From Saprospiraceae bacterium (GTDB lineage Bacteria > Bacteroidota > Bacteroidia > Chitinophagales > Saprospiraceae): DNA of 37,941 nucleotides. The notes below the pieces were generated by a model, which saw only the letters and a program-made list of their open reading frames with translations, was not told the DNA's origin and did no database searches. Positions within the stretch are counted from its first letter, which is position 1, and each line of letters begins with the position of its first letter. Positions 1 through 7,877 of the stretch are shown here, one piece after another. The stretch covers positions 1-37,941 of the forward strand of contig JABWAJ010000001.1 of assembly GCA_013361075.1 (NCBI GenBank). Reading direction: 5' to 3'. The translations under genes were made by a program, and so were the position numbers.

Positions 1-1
1 G

Positions 2-250
2 GCGCAGACGCCTCCGGCGAGCGCGGGATCGAGCGGCGAGTGGGTCGGGTTCCTGCGCTCTCGTCCCGAGAACGGCGGGCTCGCGTACTCGATCGAGCAG
101 GGCTCGCGCGTGCTCGTCCGCATCGACGCCACGTCGAAGCGCTATCGGTGGACGGACTTCGTCGGGCTGCAGGTGCGCGTGCGCGGTCGCGTGAGTCAGT
201 CGGGCGCGGTGCCGACGATCGACGTCACGAAGCTCGAGATCCAGCGCTGA
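2..250 (+). CDS. 3' end of an unidentified gene carried on high-GC DNA (5' end lies outside the window)
   Basis: Frame 2 is open from the window edge to TGA 248-250 (...GEWVGFLRSRPENGGLAYSIEQGSRVLVRIDATSKRYRWTDFVGLQVRVRGRVSQSGAVPTIDVTKLEIQR*). Nearly every codon ends in G/C, the hallmark of the real frame in ~70% GC DNA. It is absent from the ORF track because it has no start codon in the window. No family recognised. Confidence 0.4.
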   Translation, partial: AQTPPASAGSSGEWVGFLRSRPENGGLAYSIEQGSRVLVRIDATSKRYRWTDFVGLQVRVRGRVSQSGAVPTIDVTKLEIQR

Positions 251-446
251 CGTTCGCGTCCTCGGGGCGCACCAGCGCGAGGACTTCGCGCGCGACCGTT
301 TCCGCGGCGTCGGGCAGTGCGAGGCCCAGAGCTCGCTCGCTCATCGTCGCGCGGCGCGCGTCGTCCGACAGCAATGCGTCGACGACACCAGCGAGATCGC
401 GCTTGTGCTTGACCGCGACGGCGCATCCCGCGCGGACGAAGAACTC
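225..446 (-). CDS. C-terminal fragment of a GT-B type glycosyltransferase (MurG / MGDG-synthase-like tail), high-GC origin
   Basis: Distal part of track ORF 225..866: ...EFFVRAGCAVAVKHKRDLAGVVDALLSDDARRATMSERALGLALPDAAETVAREVLALV... resembles the C-terminal tail of GT28-like enzymes (N-x-x-F-L-x-x-x-G-A-A ... L-L-x-D-x-x-x-R-x-x-M). Codons are G/C-ending. The stop at 225-227 overlaps the convergent + strand gene end by 26 nt. The upper boundary (~446) is where codon style changes, not a gene start. Confidence 0.4.
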   Translation of the reverse strand, partial: EFFVRAGCAVAVKHKRDLAGVVDALLSDDARRATMSERALGLALPDAAETVAREVLALVRPEDANVSAGSRAS

Positions 447-866
447 CTGATTGCGCGCTTCCTGGAGGCGTTCCATGTCGCGTTCATTGGCTTTGCGAAC
501 GACTTCCTGGGTAATGCTTTCTTCACTGGTTCGTTTTTTCTTCATTTGCATGCGCACCAGGTCTCCGCTCAGGCTGATCCGGCCCACATCGTAACCATTA
601 CCGGTATCTACAATGACCATATCACCGGTTGAGGCAGGCGACAAGTTGCGGAAAAATTGTTTCCGGGCGCCGTTTTTAAAGCTAACCTCTACAATTTCAT
701 ATCCATCTACATCGTAGATATCCATATCCGAGAGCCAGTCGAAGGTATTGAGGCGATTGCAGCCCCCGGTGGAACAACCGGTTGAGGCGCATCCGCCCTT
801 GCTATTGCATCCGGCAACTTTTCCGTCGCCGGTGCTTACTGAACATCCTAAACATCCCATTTTCAC
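447..866 (-). pseudogene. PSP1 (YaaT/RicT-like) domain protein, N-terminal ~140 codons only; the 3' half is replaced by foreign high-GC sequence
   Basis: Proximal part of track ORF 225..866: MKMGCLGCSVSTGDGKVAGCNSKGGCASTGCSTGGCNRLNTFDWLSDM...VEVSFKNGARKQFFRN...GDMVIVDTGNGYDVGRISLSGDLVRMQMKKK. This is the Cys/Gly-rich leader plus PSP1 core typically found just downstream of holB in Bacteroidota. The conserved C-terminal half of the family is missing. Confidence 0.6.
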
Positions 867-1008
867 TCATTTATTAAGCCCCCTGGCCCACTCCTTCGAC
901 TGCGCTCAGGCAGTAAAGGGGGAATCAGGGTTGGGTTCTACGAAAATGATTGATTAATTCGTACGCTACATTCCATTATAAAAAAATTCCCTTCCCTTCT
1001 TTCGGGGT

Positions 1009-2118
1009 TCAGGGGGTTGTTTTCATCACCCGGTTCGCCTGAATGCAGGCGTCCAAAAACAAGATTTTGGGGTTGGCATTTCGTTCTATGAAATATGCAT
1101 TTTCAGTCAACAAATGTACAATTTGAGCCACCTGTTCAAAACTCAGTACCGATGCCAGCCGCTTTCCGGTTTCCAGTTCATTGGGCTGAAGTCTTACGGC
1201 GTCGGGACCATTGATTTTAAGCGCAATGAATTCACGCAAAAAATGGAGGGCGTACTGGACGAAAAACTTCTGGCCTTCACGGCCCAATTTGGCAAACCGC
1301 TCTACCCAGTCCAGCATTTCCCGGCCATCTCCTTTGTAGCAACGCCGCATCCAGTCCAGAAACAACGCACTGTGGTCATTGTCCTTGTGTGCAGACAAAC
1401 GCAGTGCTTCGTTAAAATTTCCATTGGCTAAGTACGCTATTCCCGCTGCCTCTTCGGCTTTAGCGCCGGTTTTTTCGATCAAACCCGCGACCACATCTGC
1501 ATCCTCCAAAGCCGGCACTTTCACCAACTGGCACCTCGACAAAATGGTATTGAGGATTTGTTCGGTGTCTTCTGCAACTAAAATAAAAATTGTGTTCTCC
1601 GGTGGCTCCTCAATCAGCTTCAACAGGCGGTTGCCTTCTTTGCCAAGGTATTCGGGCAACCACTGGATCAGGATTTTGTGCCGCGCTTCAAATGTTTTCA
1701 GGCTGAATTTCCGGATGATATTGACGCATTCTTCTTTGGTAATATTGCCTTGCTTGTTTTCCGCCCCGATGCTTTGAAGCCAATCATTCACATCAAGCCA
1801 GGGATTTTGCTCCAAAGCACTGCGCCATTGCGTCAAAAAAGCCTCACTGGTTGCATTAGGCCCTATGGCAGGGAAAGAAAAATGCACATCGGGATGAATG
1901 AGCCGGCTCGTTTTGAGGCAGGCCGGGCATTTCCCACAGGCATCTTCAGACGAGCGTTGTTCACAAAGTACGAATTGCGCCAGGGCCAGTGCTAAGGGCA
2001 AACTACCGCTTCCAGGCGGTCCGAGCAGCAGCAGGGCATGGGGCAGGCGTTCGCCTCCTGCCATTTTCCGCAGGGCTGTTTTGGTTGCATTTTGGCCAAT
2101 GACGTGTTGAAACAACAT
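1009..2118 (-). CDS. holB: DNA polymerase III subunit delta' (clamp-loader)
   Basis: Track ORF 1009..2142; the likely start is ATG at 2118 (MLFQHVIGQ...). Motifs: P-loop-like LLLLGPPGSGSLPLALALAQFVLC, zinc module CGKCPACLK, sensor motif ILSRCQLVKV. Sits in the holB-PSP1 arrangement. Confidence 0.85.
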   Translation of the reverse strand: MLFQHVIGQNATKTALRKMAGGERLPHALLLLGPPGSGSLPLALALAQFVLCEQRSSEDACGKCPACLKTSRLIHPDVHFSFPAIGPNATSEAFLTQWRSALEQNPWLDVNDWLQSIGAENKQGNITKEECVNIIRKFSLKTFEARHKILIQWLPEYLGKEGNRLLKLIEEPPENTIFILVAEDTEQILNTILSRCQLVKVPALEDADVVAGLIEKTGAKAEEAAGIAYLANGNFNEALRLSAHKDNDHSALFLDWMRRCYKGDGREMLDWVERFAKLGREGQKFFVQYALHFLREFIALKINGPDAVRLQPNELETGKRLASVLSFEQVAQIVHLLTENAYFIERNANPKILFLDACIQANRVMKTTP

Positions 2119-2570
2119 AGTCGTATCCGTGAAAAAGCCCAAGTAGTGCGCTCATGATACGCTGTTGTGGCAGGAAGGATATTGAGCGTTGCCCATCCGG
2201 CAACCATATCGCTGGCAGAGTGGCAGAGGAGACTGGGTACTAAGCAGTTATTTTCATCCAGCAGGTATTTTTGCAGAATGCCATTTGTCTGAAAATGCTT
2301 TGTAAATCTCTTGCAATTGATCGGACTGTGGGGTATATCCGCATTCCGACGCTGTTTACTATGATGAGTTTTTGCCTTTAAACTAAGCAAAATCAATCTC
2401 TCCGCCTGCAATTCCTTCCACCATAAACAGGTGTCATCGCATGCACGGTCATCGTGCTTTGGTTATAATACGGGATAAAAATAGGAATTTCCTGATAACG
2501 GACAGCAGGTTTTTTTTTCGTCCCCCATTCTTAACGGGTAAAGTGTTGAAAAATCGGGGAGTTTTCAAAC

Positions 2571-3200
2571 TCAGGCCTGCACGTAAACAGCAAATTTTTC
2601 TTCGTAATAAGCCTCTTTAAAAAAATCGGAAAGTGGGTACAATTCGGTGTAAGAACCGCGTGGTAAAGCCTTGATTTCCTGCTTTACGTTACCGCCTTTG
2701 AGTGCAATAAGGCCGTTGGGTATGGCGTGTTGCTGCTTATTTTTGATCAGGCGAAGCCCCCAGGCAGCGAGTAAAGGTAGTTCGGCTACTGCGCGCGACA
2801 CCACAAAATCAAAGTTTGGTCCTTTCAGTTCTTCTGCACGAACGTGTTGTGCCGTTACATTTTCCAGTTGTAGCTGGCTGGCGATGTCCTGCACAACCAT
2901 AATTTTTTTGCCGGTACCATCGATGAGGGTAAACTGGGTTTCAGGAAAAAGAATGGCCAGCGGAATGCCCGGAAAACCGCCGCCGGTGCCAATATCGAGT
3001 ACTGCAGCTCCTGGTTTGAAGGTCAGCACTCCGGAAATGGCCAACGAATGCAGGATGTGGTGGTCGTACAAAAACTCAATGTCCTTGCGGGAAATGAGGT
3101 TGATCTTCTGATTCCAGTCCTGATAAAGCGGCCCCAACTGTTCGAAACGACTAAGCTGCGTTTTGTCGAGATTGGGGAAGTATTTTTTTATGATGTCCAT
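2571..3200 (-). CDS. rsmG: 16S rRNA (guanine527-N7)-methyltransferase RsmG (GidB)
   Basis: 209 aa. WNQKINLIS... N-terminal signature, SAM-binding DIGTGGGFPGIPLAILFP, FDFVVSRAVA. The length is typical of RsmG. Confidence 0.9.
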   Translation of the reverse strand: MDIIKKYFPNLDKTQLSRFEQLGPLYQDWNQKINLISRKDIEFLYDHHILHSLAISGVLTFKPGAAVLDIGTGGGFPGIPLAILFPETQFTLIDGTGKKIMVVQDIASQLQLENVTAQHVRAEELKGPNFDFVVSRAVAELPLLAAWGLRLIKNKQQHAIPNGLIALKGGNVKQEIKALPRGSYTELYPLSDFFKEAYYEEKFAVYVQA

Positions 3201-3636
3201 CTTTTTTGAGTTTGCAGTTTTTCAGGGGCAGTTGGCAGTTTTGGGTGTACTTCTGATTTTGTTGGGTATTCAAATGGAGTTGACGGGTGGAACAATTGGC
3301 AGTTTTTCAGCTTTCCAGTTGGCAGTTTTGTTATTACTCTTGATGTAGTTCCATTTTCAAATCGAGCAGTTTGCAGCTTTTCAGTTTGCAGACTTGGTCT
3401 TACTTCAAAATAATTTCATTTTCAAATCGAGAACAGAAAGCTCGATTGTTTGGGATTGTTTAGTACCCAACATCCTCAACCCTGAAACCTCCTGCCAACT
3501 GTAACCCTGCCAACTGCCAACTTTTTTGTAGCTAGCACTCAGCATGATGAACCACAAAAGCCCCTGCCCACTACATCCTGCCCACTCCACCATCGTTTAC
3601 ATCCAATATGATAGGACCTGCCTACTGCCAACTACT
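3201..3636. repeat. 436-nt structured spacer built from ~7-nt-spaced words (CAGTTGGCAG / CAGTTTGCAG) on the left and their reverse complements (CTGCCAACTG) on the right, with an internal 15-bp direct repeat
   Basis: CAGTTGGCAG at 3229-3238 and 3316-3325. CTGCCAACTG at 3492-3501 and 3507-3516. CATTTTCAAATCGAG at 3352-3366 and 3417-3431. Hairpin AATCGAG-N9-CTCGATT at 3425-3447. No credible ORF. Confidence 0.7.
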
Positions 3637-4332
3637 CTAATGTTTCTCCAAAAGCGGTGCAAATGCTTCCCAAACCGGGTCACCCGCAGGAGGAGGCGCA
3701 GTCAGTTCCACGGCCTCGCCCGAAACCGGATGGGTAAAAGCCAGTTTCCAGGCATGCAGGTGAATGGAGCGATCGCGGTTGCCGCGCCGGGCGCCGTATT
3801 TCACATCGCCTTTGATGGGGCACCCGATGGCCGCCAACTGGGCCCTGACCTGGTGGTGCCTGCCTGTGATGAGGTTGATTTCCAGCAAGTGATAGCGGTC
3901 ACTACTGCCCAGCAAGCGGTAGCTGAGTACAGCTTCTTTCAGGTCCGGGTCTTCTGTTGCTTCTGCCGAAGACCGGTTAGCCGTACTTTTTTTACCTACA
4001 AAATGCTTCAGTTCCCCTTCGGGTGCCGGAGGCATTTCCTGCACGACAGCAAGGTAGGTTTTCCGGATCTGGCGGCTGCGGAATTGCTCATTCAGGGCCA
4101 CCAGTGCGTTTTGGGTTTTGGAAAATAAAACCACCCCGCTGGCCGGACGGTCGAGCCGGTGGATAACCTGTAGTTTCGATTGGGTATAGATCGAACCCAG
4201 AGCGAGGAGGGATTTGTCGCCCGTAGTATCATCCTGCACCGGAATCCCGGCAGGTTTATTGAAAGCGACAAGCTGGTTATTTTTATACAAAACCAAATCG
4301 CCGATGCGAAAATCAGGCACAGGGTGCTCCAT
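3637..4332 (-). CDS. RluA-family pseudouridine synthase
   Basis: 231 aa. Catalytic-Asp motif HRLDRPASGVVLFSKT, KTYLAVV, and HHQVRAQLAAIGCPIKGDVKYG, all typical of the RluA/RsuA superfamily. Confidence 0.85.
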   Translation of the reverse strand: MEHPVPDFRIGDLVLYKNNQLVAFNKPAGIPVQDDTTGDKSLLALGSIYTQSKLQVIHRLDRPASGVVLFSKTQNALVALNEQFRSRQIRKTYLAVVQEMPPAPEGELKHFVGKKSTANRSSAEATEDPDLKEAVLSYRLLGSSDRYHLLEINLITGRHHQVRAQLAAIGCPIKGDVKYGARRGNRDRSIHLHAWKLAFTHPVSGEAVELTAPPPAGDPVWEAFAPLLEKH

Positions 4333-4346
4333 TTCAAAGAATTGAG

Positions 4347-4535
4347 TTAGTCTACTTCTTCATAATCCACATATTCACCCCGGCTATCTTTTTTACGATA
4401 GGGCTCATCAACCGGTTTTTTTGGGTCGGGCCCTCTGTTAGAAATGACCGGCGGCGCAATAAAAAAGCGGTAAGCAAAGTAAATAACGGCGATGGTGATG
4501 AGTAGCTTGACCATGGTGAATGAATTTGAAGACAC
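4347..4535 (-). CDS. small membrane protein, DUF4834-like
   Basis: 62 aa with one N-terminal TM helix (VKLLITIAVIYFAYRFFI) and a C-terminal GEYVDYEEVD tail characteristic of the Bacteroidota DUF4834 family. The overlapping 4352..4537 ORF was rejected. Confidence 0.55.
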   Translation of the reverse strand: MSSNSFTMVKLLITIAVIYFAYRFFIAPPVISNRGPDPKKPVDEPYRKKDSRGEYVDYEEVD

Positions 4536-4616
4536 AAAGTTAAGGATAAATTATCACAAGCCTGTTCCGGAATCGGTTTAGCAAAGCCTACGCCGGGGCT
4601 TTTAGGATCATTTTGC

Positions 4617-4624
4617 TACCTTTG
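4617..4624 (+). promoter_or_regulatory. candidate Bacteroidota sigma-A -7 box (TAccTTTG) upstream of the Wzz-like gene
   Basis: Exact match to the TAnnTTTG consensus, 72 nt upstream of ATG 4696. No good -33 TTG. Confidence 0.3.
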
Positions 4625-4695
4625 CCGACCAGATTTGCGTTTTGTGTTTCTGAATCAACCAAAATTCAGCATTGAACGCGGAATAAGCAACATAA

Positions 4696-5799
4696 ATGGA
4701 AAAAAAAGACAACCTGTTGGGCGTACTTCAAACGCTCTTTAAGTGGCGAAAGCCAATTTTTTATACCTGCCTCGCTGCAGGCGTGGGCACGGCCATCATT
4801 TCCCTGCTCCTGCCCACCTATTACAAAGCCACCACCATTTTTCTGGCAGCCAGCCCCGATCAGGCCAAGCCTGAACTTATGTTTGGCGAAGGAGAACTGG
4901 AAGCCGAGTTTTATGGCAATGAAAACGATATTGATCGGATTTTTACCATCGCAGAATCAAGCGAACTGGCAGATTATCTGATTGATACATTTGATCTTTA
5001 TACCCACTACGACATTGATCCCAATGGCGCTAAAGCACCTTATAAGGTACGGGAAGCTTTTTTTGACTTGTACGAAGTGACGAAAACCAAGCGCGACGCC
5101 ATCGAATTGACCATTGAAGACACCGACAAAGTGCTGGCAGCAAAGATAGCCAATGCTGCCCGTGACAGAATTGACGCCATTGTTCAGAAGCTGATGAAAG
5201 AAGCTCATTCCAAAACAATCAATGCGTATAAGTCTTCCATTATACAAAAGCAGCAACAATTGCTGGTCATCAGTGATTCTCTGAATCATTTGCGCAGCGC
5301 CTATGGTGTGTACAACGCCGACGCACAAATCGAAAGCATTATGGCCCAATTGTATGGTACCCAGGCGATGCTGGTACGCGATAAAGGAAAACTGGAAGTA
5401 CTAGAAAAAGCACCCGGCATCCGTCGGGACACCATTACTTTTATGCGGGCAAAGGTAACCGGGATGGAAGCCGAAGTAAAGTCTCTCGAAGAAAAAGTCA
5501 AAAACATCAACGACGGGATGCCCAAAATTTCCATTTGGGAAAAGCAGTATTGGGATGCCAATACAGCTTTGGGGAACAACCGCGTCCGGTTGAAACAATT
5601 TGAAGCAGCTTTTGAATCGGATATCCCGAGCATCATCCTGGTAGAAAAAGCCCACGAACCGTTGATCAAATCGCGCCCCAAACGCTCTCTGATTGTCATC
5701 GCTGCAGTAGTAATCGCGTTTTTCTTCAGCATCGCCGGGGTATTGTTAATTGATGCATACCAGGGCACCAACTGGCGCCAGGTGTTTCATGATCGTTGA
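4696..5799 (+). CDS. Wzz/polysaccharide co-polymerase (chain-length determinant)-like protein
   Basis: 367 aa. N-terminal TM (IFYTCLAAGVGTAIISLLLPTYYKATTIFLA), a long helical periplasmic region, and a C-terminal TM (SLIVIAAVVIAFFFSIAGVLLIDAY). This topology and its position beside an O-antigen-ligase-like gene fit the PCP/Wzz family. Confidence 0.65.
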   Translation: MEKKDNLLGVLQTLFKWRKPIFYTCLAAGVGTAIISLLLPTYYKATTIFLAASPDQAKPELMFGEGELEAEFYGNENDIDRIFTIAESSELADYLIDTFDLYTHYDIDPNGAKAPYKVREAFFDLYEVTKTKRDAIELTIEDTDKVLAAKIANAARDRIDAIVQKLMKEAHSKTINAYKSSIIQKQQQLLVISDSLNHLRSAYGVYNADAQIESIMAQLYGTQAMLVRDKGKLEVLEKAPGIRRDTITFMRAKVTGMEAEVKSLEEKVKNINDGMPKISIWEKQYWDANTALGNNRVRLKQFEAAFESDIPSIILVEKAHEPLIKSRPKRSLIVIAAVVIAFFFSIAGVLLIDAYQGTNWRQVFHDR

Positions 5800-7336
5800 C
5801 CGAATCAAAATATGGATGACTCAGGCACCTGAATACAAGTTGTTTTCAGGTTTCGCGGTGCTTGTTCTGCTTAGCCTTTACGGGGCAGCAGCCACCGGGT
5901 ATTTTGTATTGGCCGGGCTGCCTGTGCTGTTCCTTTTTGCCTGGGTTTGCCTGCTCGATTTCAGTAAAATTTACTACCTGCTTCTTTTTTTTCTGCCCTT
6001 GTCTACCGAAGTTTACCTCCCCGGAGGGTTGGGTACCGATCTGCCAACTGAACCCATTATCGTCGCGCTCATGTTGATTTTTGGTGCTTTTGCATTGCAA
6101 CGCAACTCTGGAGCAGCGATTGAAAAACATTTTTTTACCCACCCCATTGCGCTGCTGCTGCTGGTACACGTCGGGTGGATTTATGCCACGACCATTACCT
6201 CTGAGCTATTTCTGGTATCTCTGAAATTTTCATTGGCCAAAACCTGGTACGTTGCTGTCTTTTTTTTCCTGAGCGGATACCTGATACACACCGAACGCGA
6301 TTACAAAACCCTGTTTTGGGTTGTTTTTATCCCATTGATGTTTACCGTTCTGGTCACCCAGGTTCGGCATGCTGCTTATGGTTTTTCATTTCGGGATATC
6401 CACAAAGTGTTGCACCCTTTCCAGCGCAATCACGTGAATTACGCGGCGATGCTGGCCCTCTTTTTCCCGTTTCTTTTTTTAGCCATAGGTTGGTACCGGC
6501 GTTATTCCCGGATTTGGTGGACGCTCGTGGTGAGTGTGGTTGTCATGCTCGTCGCGATTTATTTTGCCTACACGCGTGCCGCTTATGTGGCACTGTTGTT
6601 TGCAGCGGGCGCTTATGTTGCCATTCGCCTGCGTTTGGTGCGGTACGTACTGGCTGCAGGATTATTGAGCATGATCCTGATCGTTGGATCAATGGTTTAC
6701 AACAACCGCTATCTTGAGTACGCTCCGAATTACGACCGTACGATTACCCATTACAAGTTTGACAACCTGATTGAAGCCACCTATAAAATGGAGGATATTT
6801 CCACCATGGAGCGTGTTTACCGCTGGGTGGCGGGTGCGCACATGAGCGCGAAAAATCCGGTTTTGGGCTTTGGCCCGGGCAATTTTGTCAATTTTTACAA
6901 ACCTTACGCTGTTACAAGTTTTCAGACGTACGTCAGCAACAACAAAGAAAATTCGGGGATCCACAGTTATTTCCTGATGACCCTGGTAGAGCAGGGGTGG
7001 CCGGGCTTGCTGCTTTTTATGGCCCTCTTGTTTTATACGCTTATCAAAGGAGAAAATATTTACCACGAAACCCGCGACCCTGACCGGCGACGGCTCCTGC
7101 TCATGGCCCTCCTTTGCCTCGTCGTCATTGATGCTTTTTTGCTCATCAATGATATGATTGAAACCGATAAAGTTGGTTCTTTCTTTTTTATCTGCCTGGC
7201 CATGCTGATCAATCTGGATCTGGCAAACCGAAGGGAGCGAATAGTTGGCACTCAGCATGATGAACCACAAAAGCCCCTGCCAACTGAATCAGACTGCAAA
7301 CTTATACAAAATGACACCACAGGAAAAAGCGGCTAA
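5789..7336 (+). CDS. O-antigen ligase / Wzy_C family polytopic membrane protein
   Basis: Track ORF 5750..7336; the likely start is ATG 5789 (MIVDRIK), overlapping the upstream stop by 11 nt. At least 10 hydrophobic helices and a YTRAAYVALLFAAGAYVAI type Wzy_C core. The last ~30 codons read through repeat copy 7248-7285, so the true C-terminus is uncertain. Confidence 0.7.
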   Translation: MIVDRIKIWMTQAPEYKLFSGFAVLVLLSLYGAAATGYFVLAGLPVLFLFAWVCLLDFSKIYYLLLFFLPLSTEVYLPGGLGTDLPTEPIIVALMLIFGAFALQRNSGAAIEKHFFTHPIALLLLVHVGWIYATTITSELFLVSLKFSLAKTWYVAVFFFLSGYLIHTERDYKTLFWVVFIPLMFTVLVTQVRHAAYGFSFRDIHKVLHPFQRNHVNYAAMLALFFPFLFLAIGWYRRYSRIWWTLVVSVVVMLVAIYFAYTRAAYVALLFAAGAYVAIRLRLVRYVLAAGLLSMILIVGSMVYNNRYLEYAPNYDRTITHYKFDNLIEATYKMEDISTMERVYRWVAGAHMSAKNPVLGFGPGNFVNFYKPYAVTSFQTYVSNNKENSGIHSYFLMTLVEQGWPGLLLFMALLFYTLIKGENIYHETRDPDRRRLLLMALLCLVVIDAFLLINDMIETDKVGSFFFICLAMLINLDLANRRERIVGTQHDEPQKPLPTESDCKLIQNDTTGKSG

Positions 7337-7730
7337 AATCGCCAAGGATATGTTTGCCAACGATGCATTCAGCCAATGGTTGGGAATCGAACAACTCGAG
7401 CTGGGCATTGGAACCTGCAAACTACGCATGACCGTACGCCCCGAAATGCTCAATGGTTTTGGCATTGCCCATGGCGCCATCACTTACGCCCTGGCTGATA
7501 GTGCCCTGGCGTTTGCCTGTAATTCACAGGGAAGGCACGCCGTTTCTATTGAAACCAGCATCTCTCATACCCAGGCGGTTCAGGCGGGAGACGGCCTCCT
7601 CGCCATTGCAGAAGAAGAACAACTCGGCAATAAGGTAGCCTTTTACCGCGTGCGGGTGCTGGAGGAGCAGTCCGGCCGGGTTGTTGGCTTATTTAAAGGC
7701 ACGGTTTACCGCAGCTCGAGGAACTGGTAG
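7311..7730 (+). CDS. paaI: hydroxyphenylacetyl-CoA thioesterase PaaI (hotdog fold)
   Basis: Track ORF 7245..7730; the likely start is ATG 7311 (MTPQEK...). ...MLNGFGIAHGAITYALADSALAFACNSQG... closely parallels the E. coli PaaI core (MLNGHQSCHGGQLFSLADTAFAYACNSQG). Confidence 0.8.
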   Translation: MTPQEKAAKIAKDMFANDAFSQWLGIEQLELGIGTCKLRMTVRPEMLNGFGIAHGAITYALADSALAFACNSQGRHAVSIETSISHTQAVQAGDGLLAIAEEEQLGNKVAFYRVRVLEEQSGRVVGLFKGTVYRSSRNW

Positions 7731-7877
7731 CTGGTTATTGGTTGAAATTCGTTGTTTGTTGCTCGTTATATGTTGTTCGTTAGGTTTGGAATGTTTGGAG
7801 CGACGAAAGCACGATCTGTTTCGGGACTACCAATAACCAGTAACCAGTAACCAGTAACCAATGCACCAGTGACCAAA
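7731..7877. repeat. 147-nt convergent-gene spacer made of heptanucleotide-periodic repeats, closed by an 11-bp perfect inverted repeat
   Basis: CTGGTTATTGG at 7731-7741 pairs with CCAATAACCAG at 7830-7840. GTT recurs at an exact 7-nt period five times in 7751-7781 (TCGTTGT TTGTTGC TCGTTAT ATGTTGT TCGTTAG). AACCAGT is tandem x3, plus degenerate copies, in 7835-7877. Confidence 0.75.

Noticed and set aside
40-450. 136-aa + strand ORF (and 196..426 on the - strand) in the high-GC leader
   Set aside because: The translations are Arg/Ala/Ser-rich, typical of out-of-frame reading in ~70% GC DNA. The frames with G/C at nearly every third position (2-250 on +, 225-446 on -) are the plausible coding frames.
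2143-2570. 428-nt ORF-free gap between holB and rsmG, checked as a possible ncRNA locus (RNase P, SRP, tmRNA, 6S, riboswitch)
   Set aside because: I could not find any of the conserved cores I know, such as GAGGAAAGUCC for RNase P, the SRP GGAA/AGCA helix-8 motif, or the tmRNA ends. Only small hairpins and a TGGCAGAG tandem (2213-2228) are visible. A covariance-model scan would be needed, so no RNA gene is claimed. The overlapping 139-aa ORF 1992..2411 overlaps the holB 5' end out of frame and looks spurious.
3201-3400. TGGCAG-N-GC words resembling sigma-54 (-24 GG / -12 GC) promoters, e.g. TGGCAGTTTTTCAGCT
   Set aside because: They are on the + strand, while both flanking genes are transcribed on the - strand. 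The -12 TTGC element is not matched. The words are better explained as part of the repeat family.
5750-5788. N-terminal extensions in the ORF track: 5750 for the O-antigen-ligase-like gene, 7245 for paaI, 8972 for the T9SS protein, and the alternative TTG/GTG starts at 20944, 27344, 29043 and 31385
   Set aside because: Internal ATG codons give products that begin with canonical family N-termini or signal peptides. The extensions overlap upstream genes or repeat elements, e.g. MALSMMNHKSPC is encoded by the 34-bp repeat.
7835-7877. Tandem AACCAGT repeats and the other word repeats, considered as a CRISPR array
   Set aside because: The repeat unit is 7 nt with no unique spacers, and no cas genes are in the window. 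This is simple tandem or inverted repeat DNA, not CRISPR.
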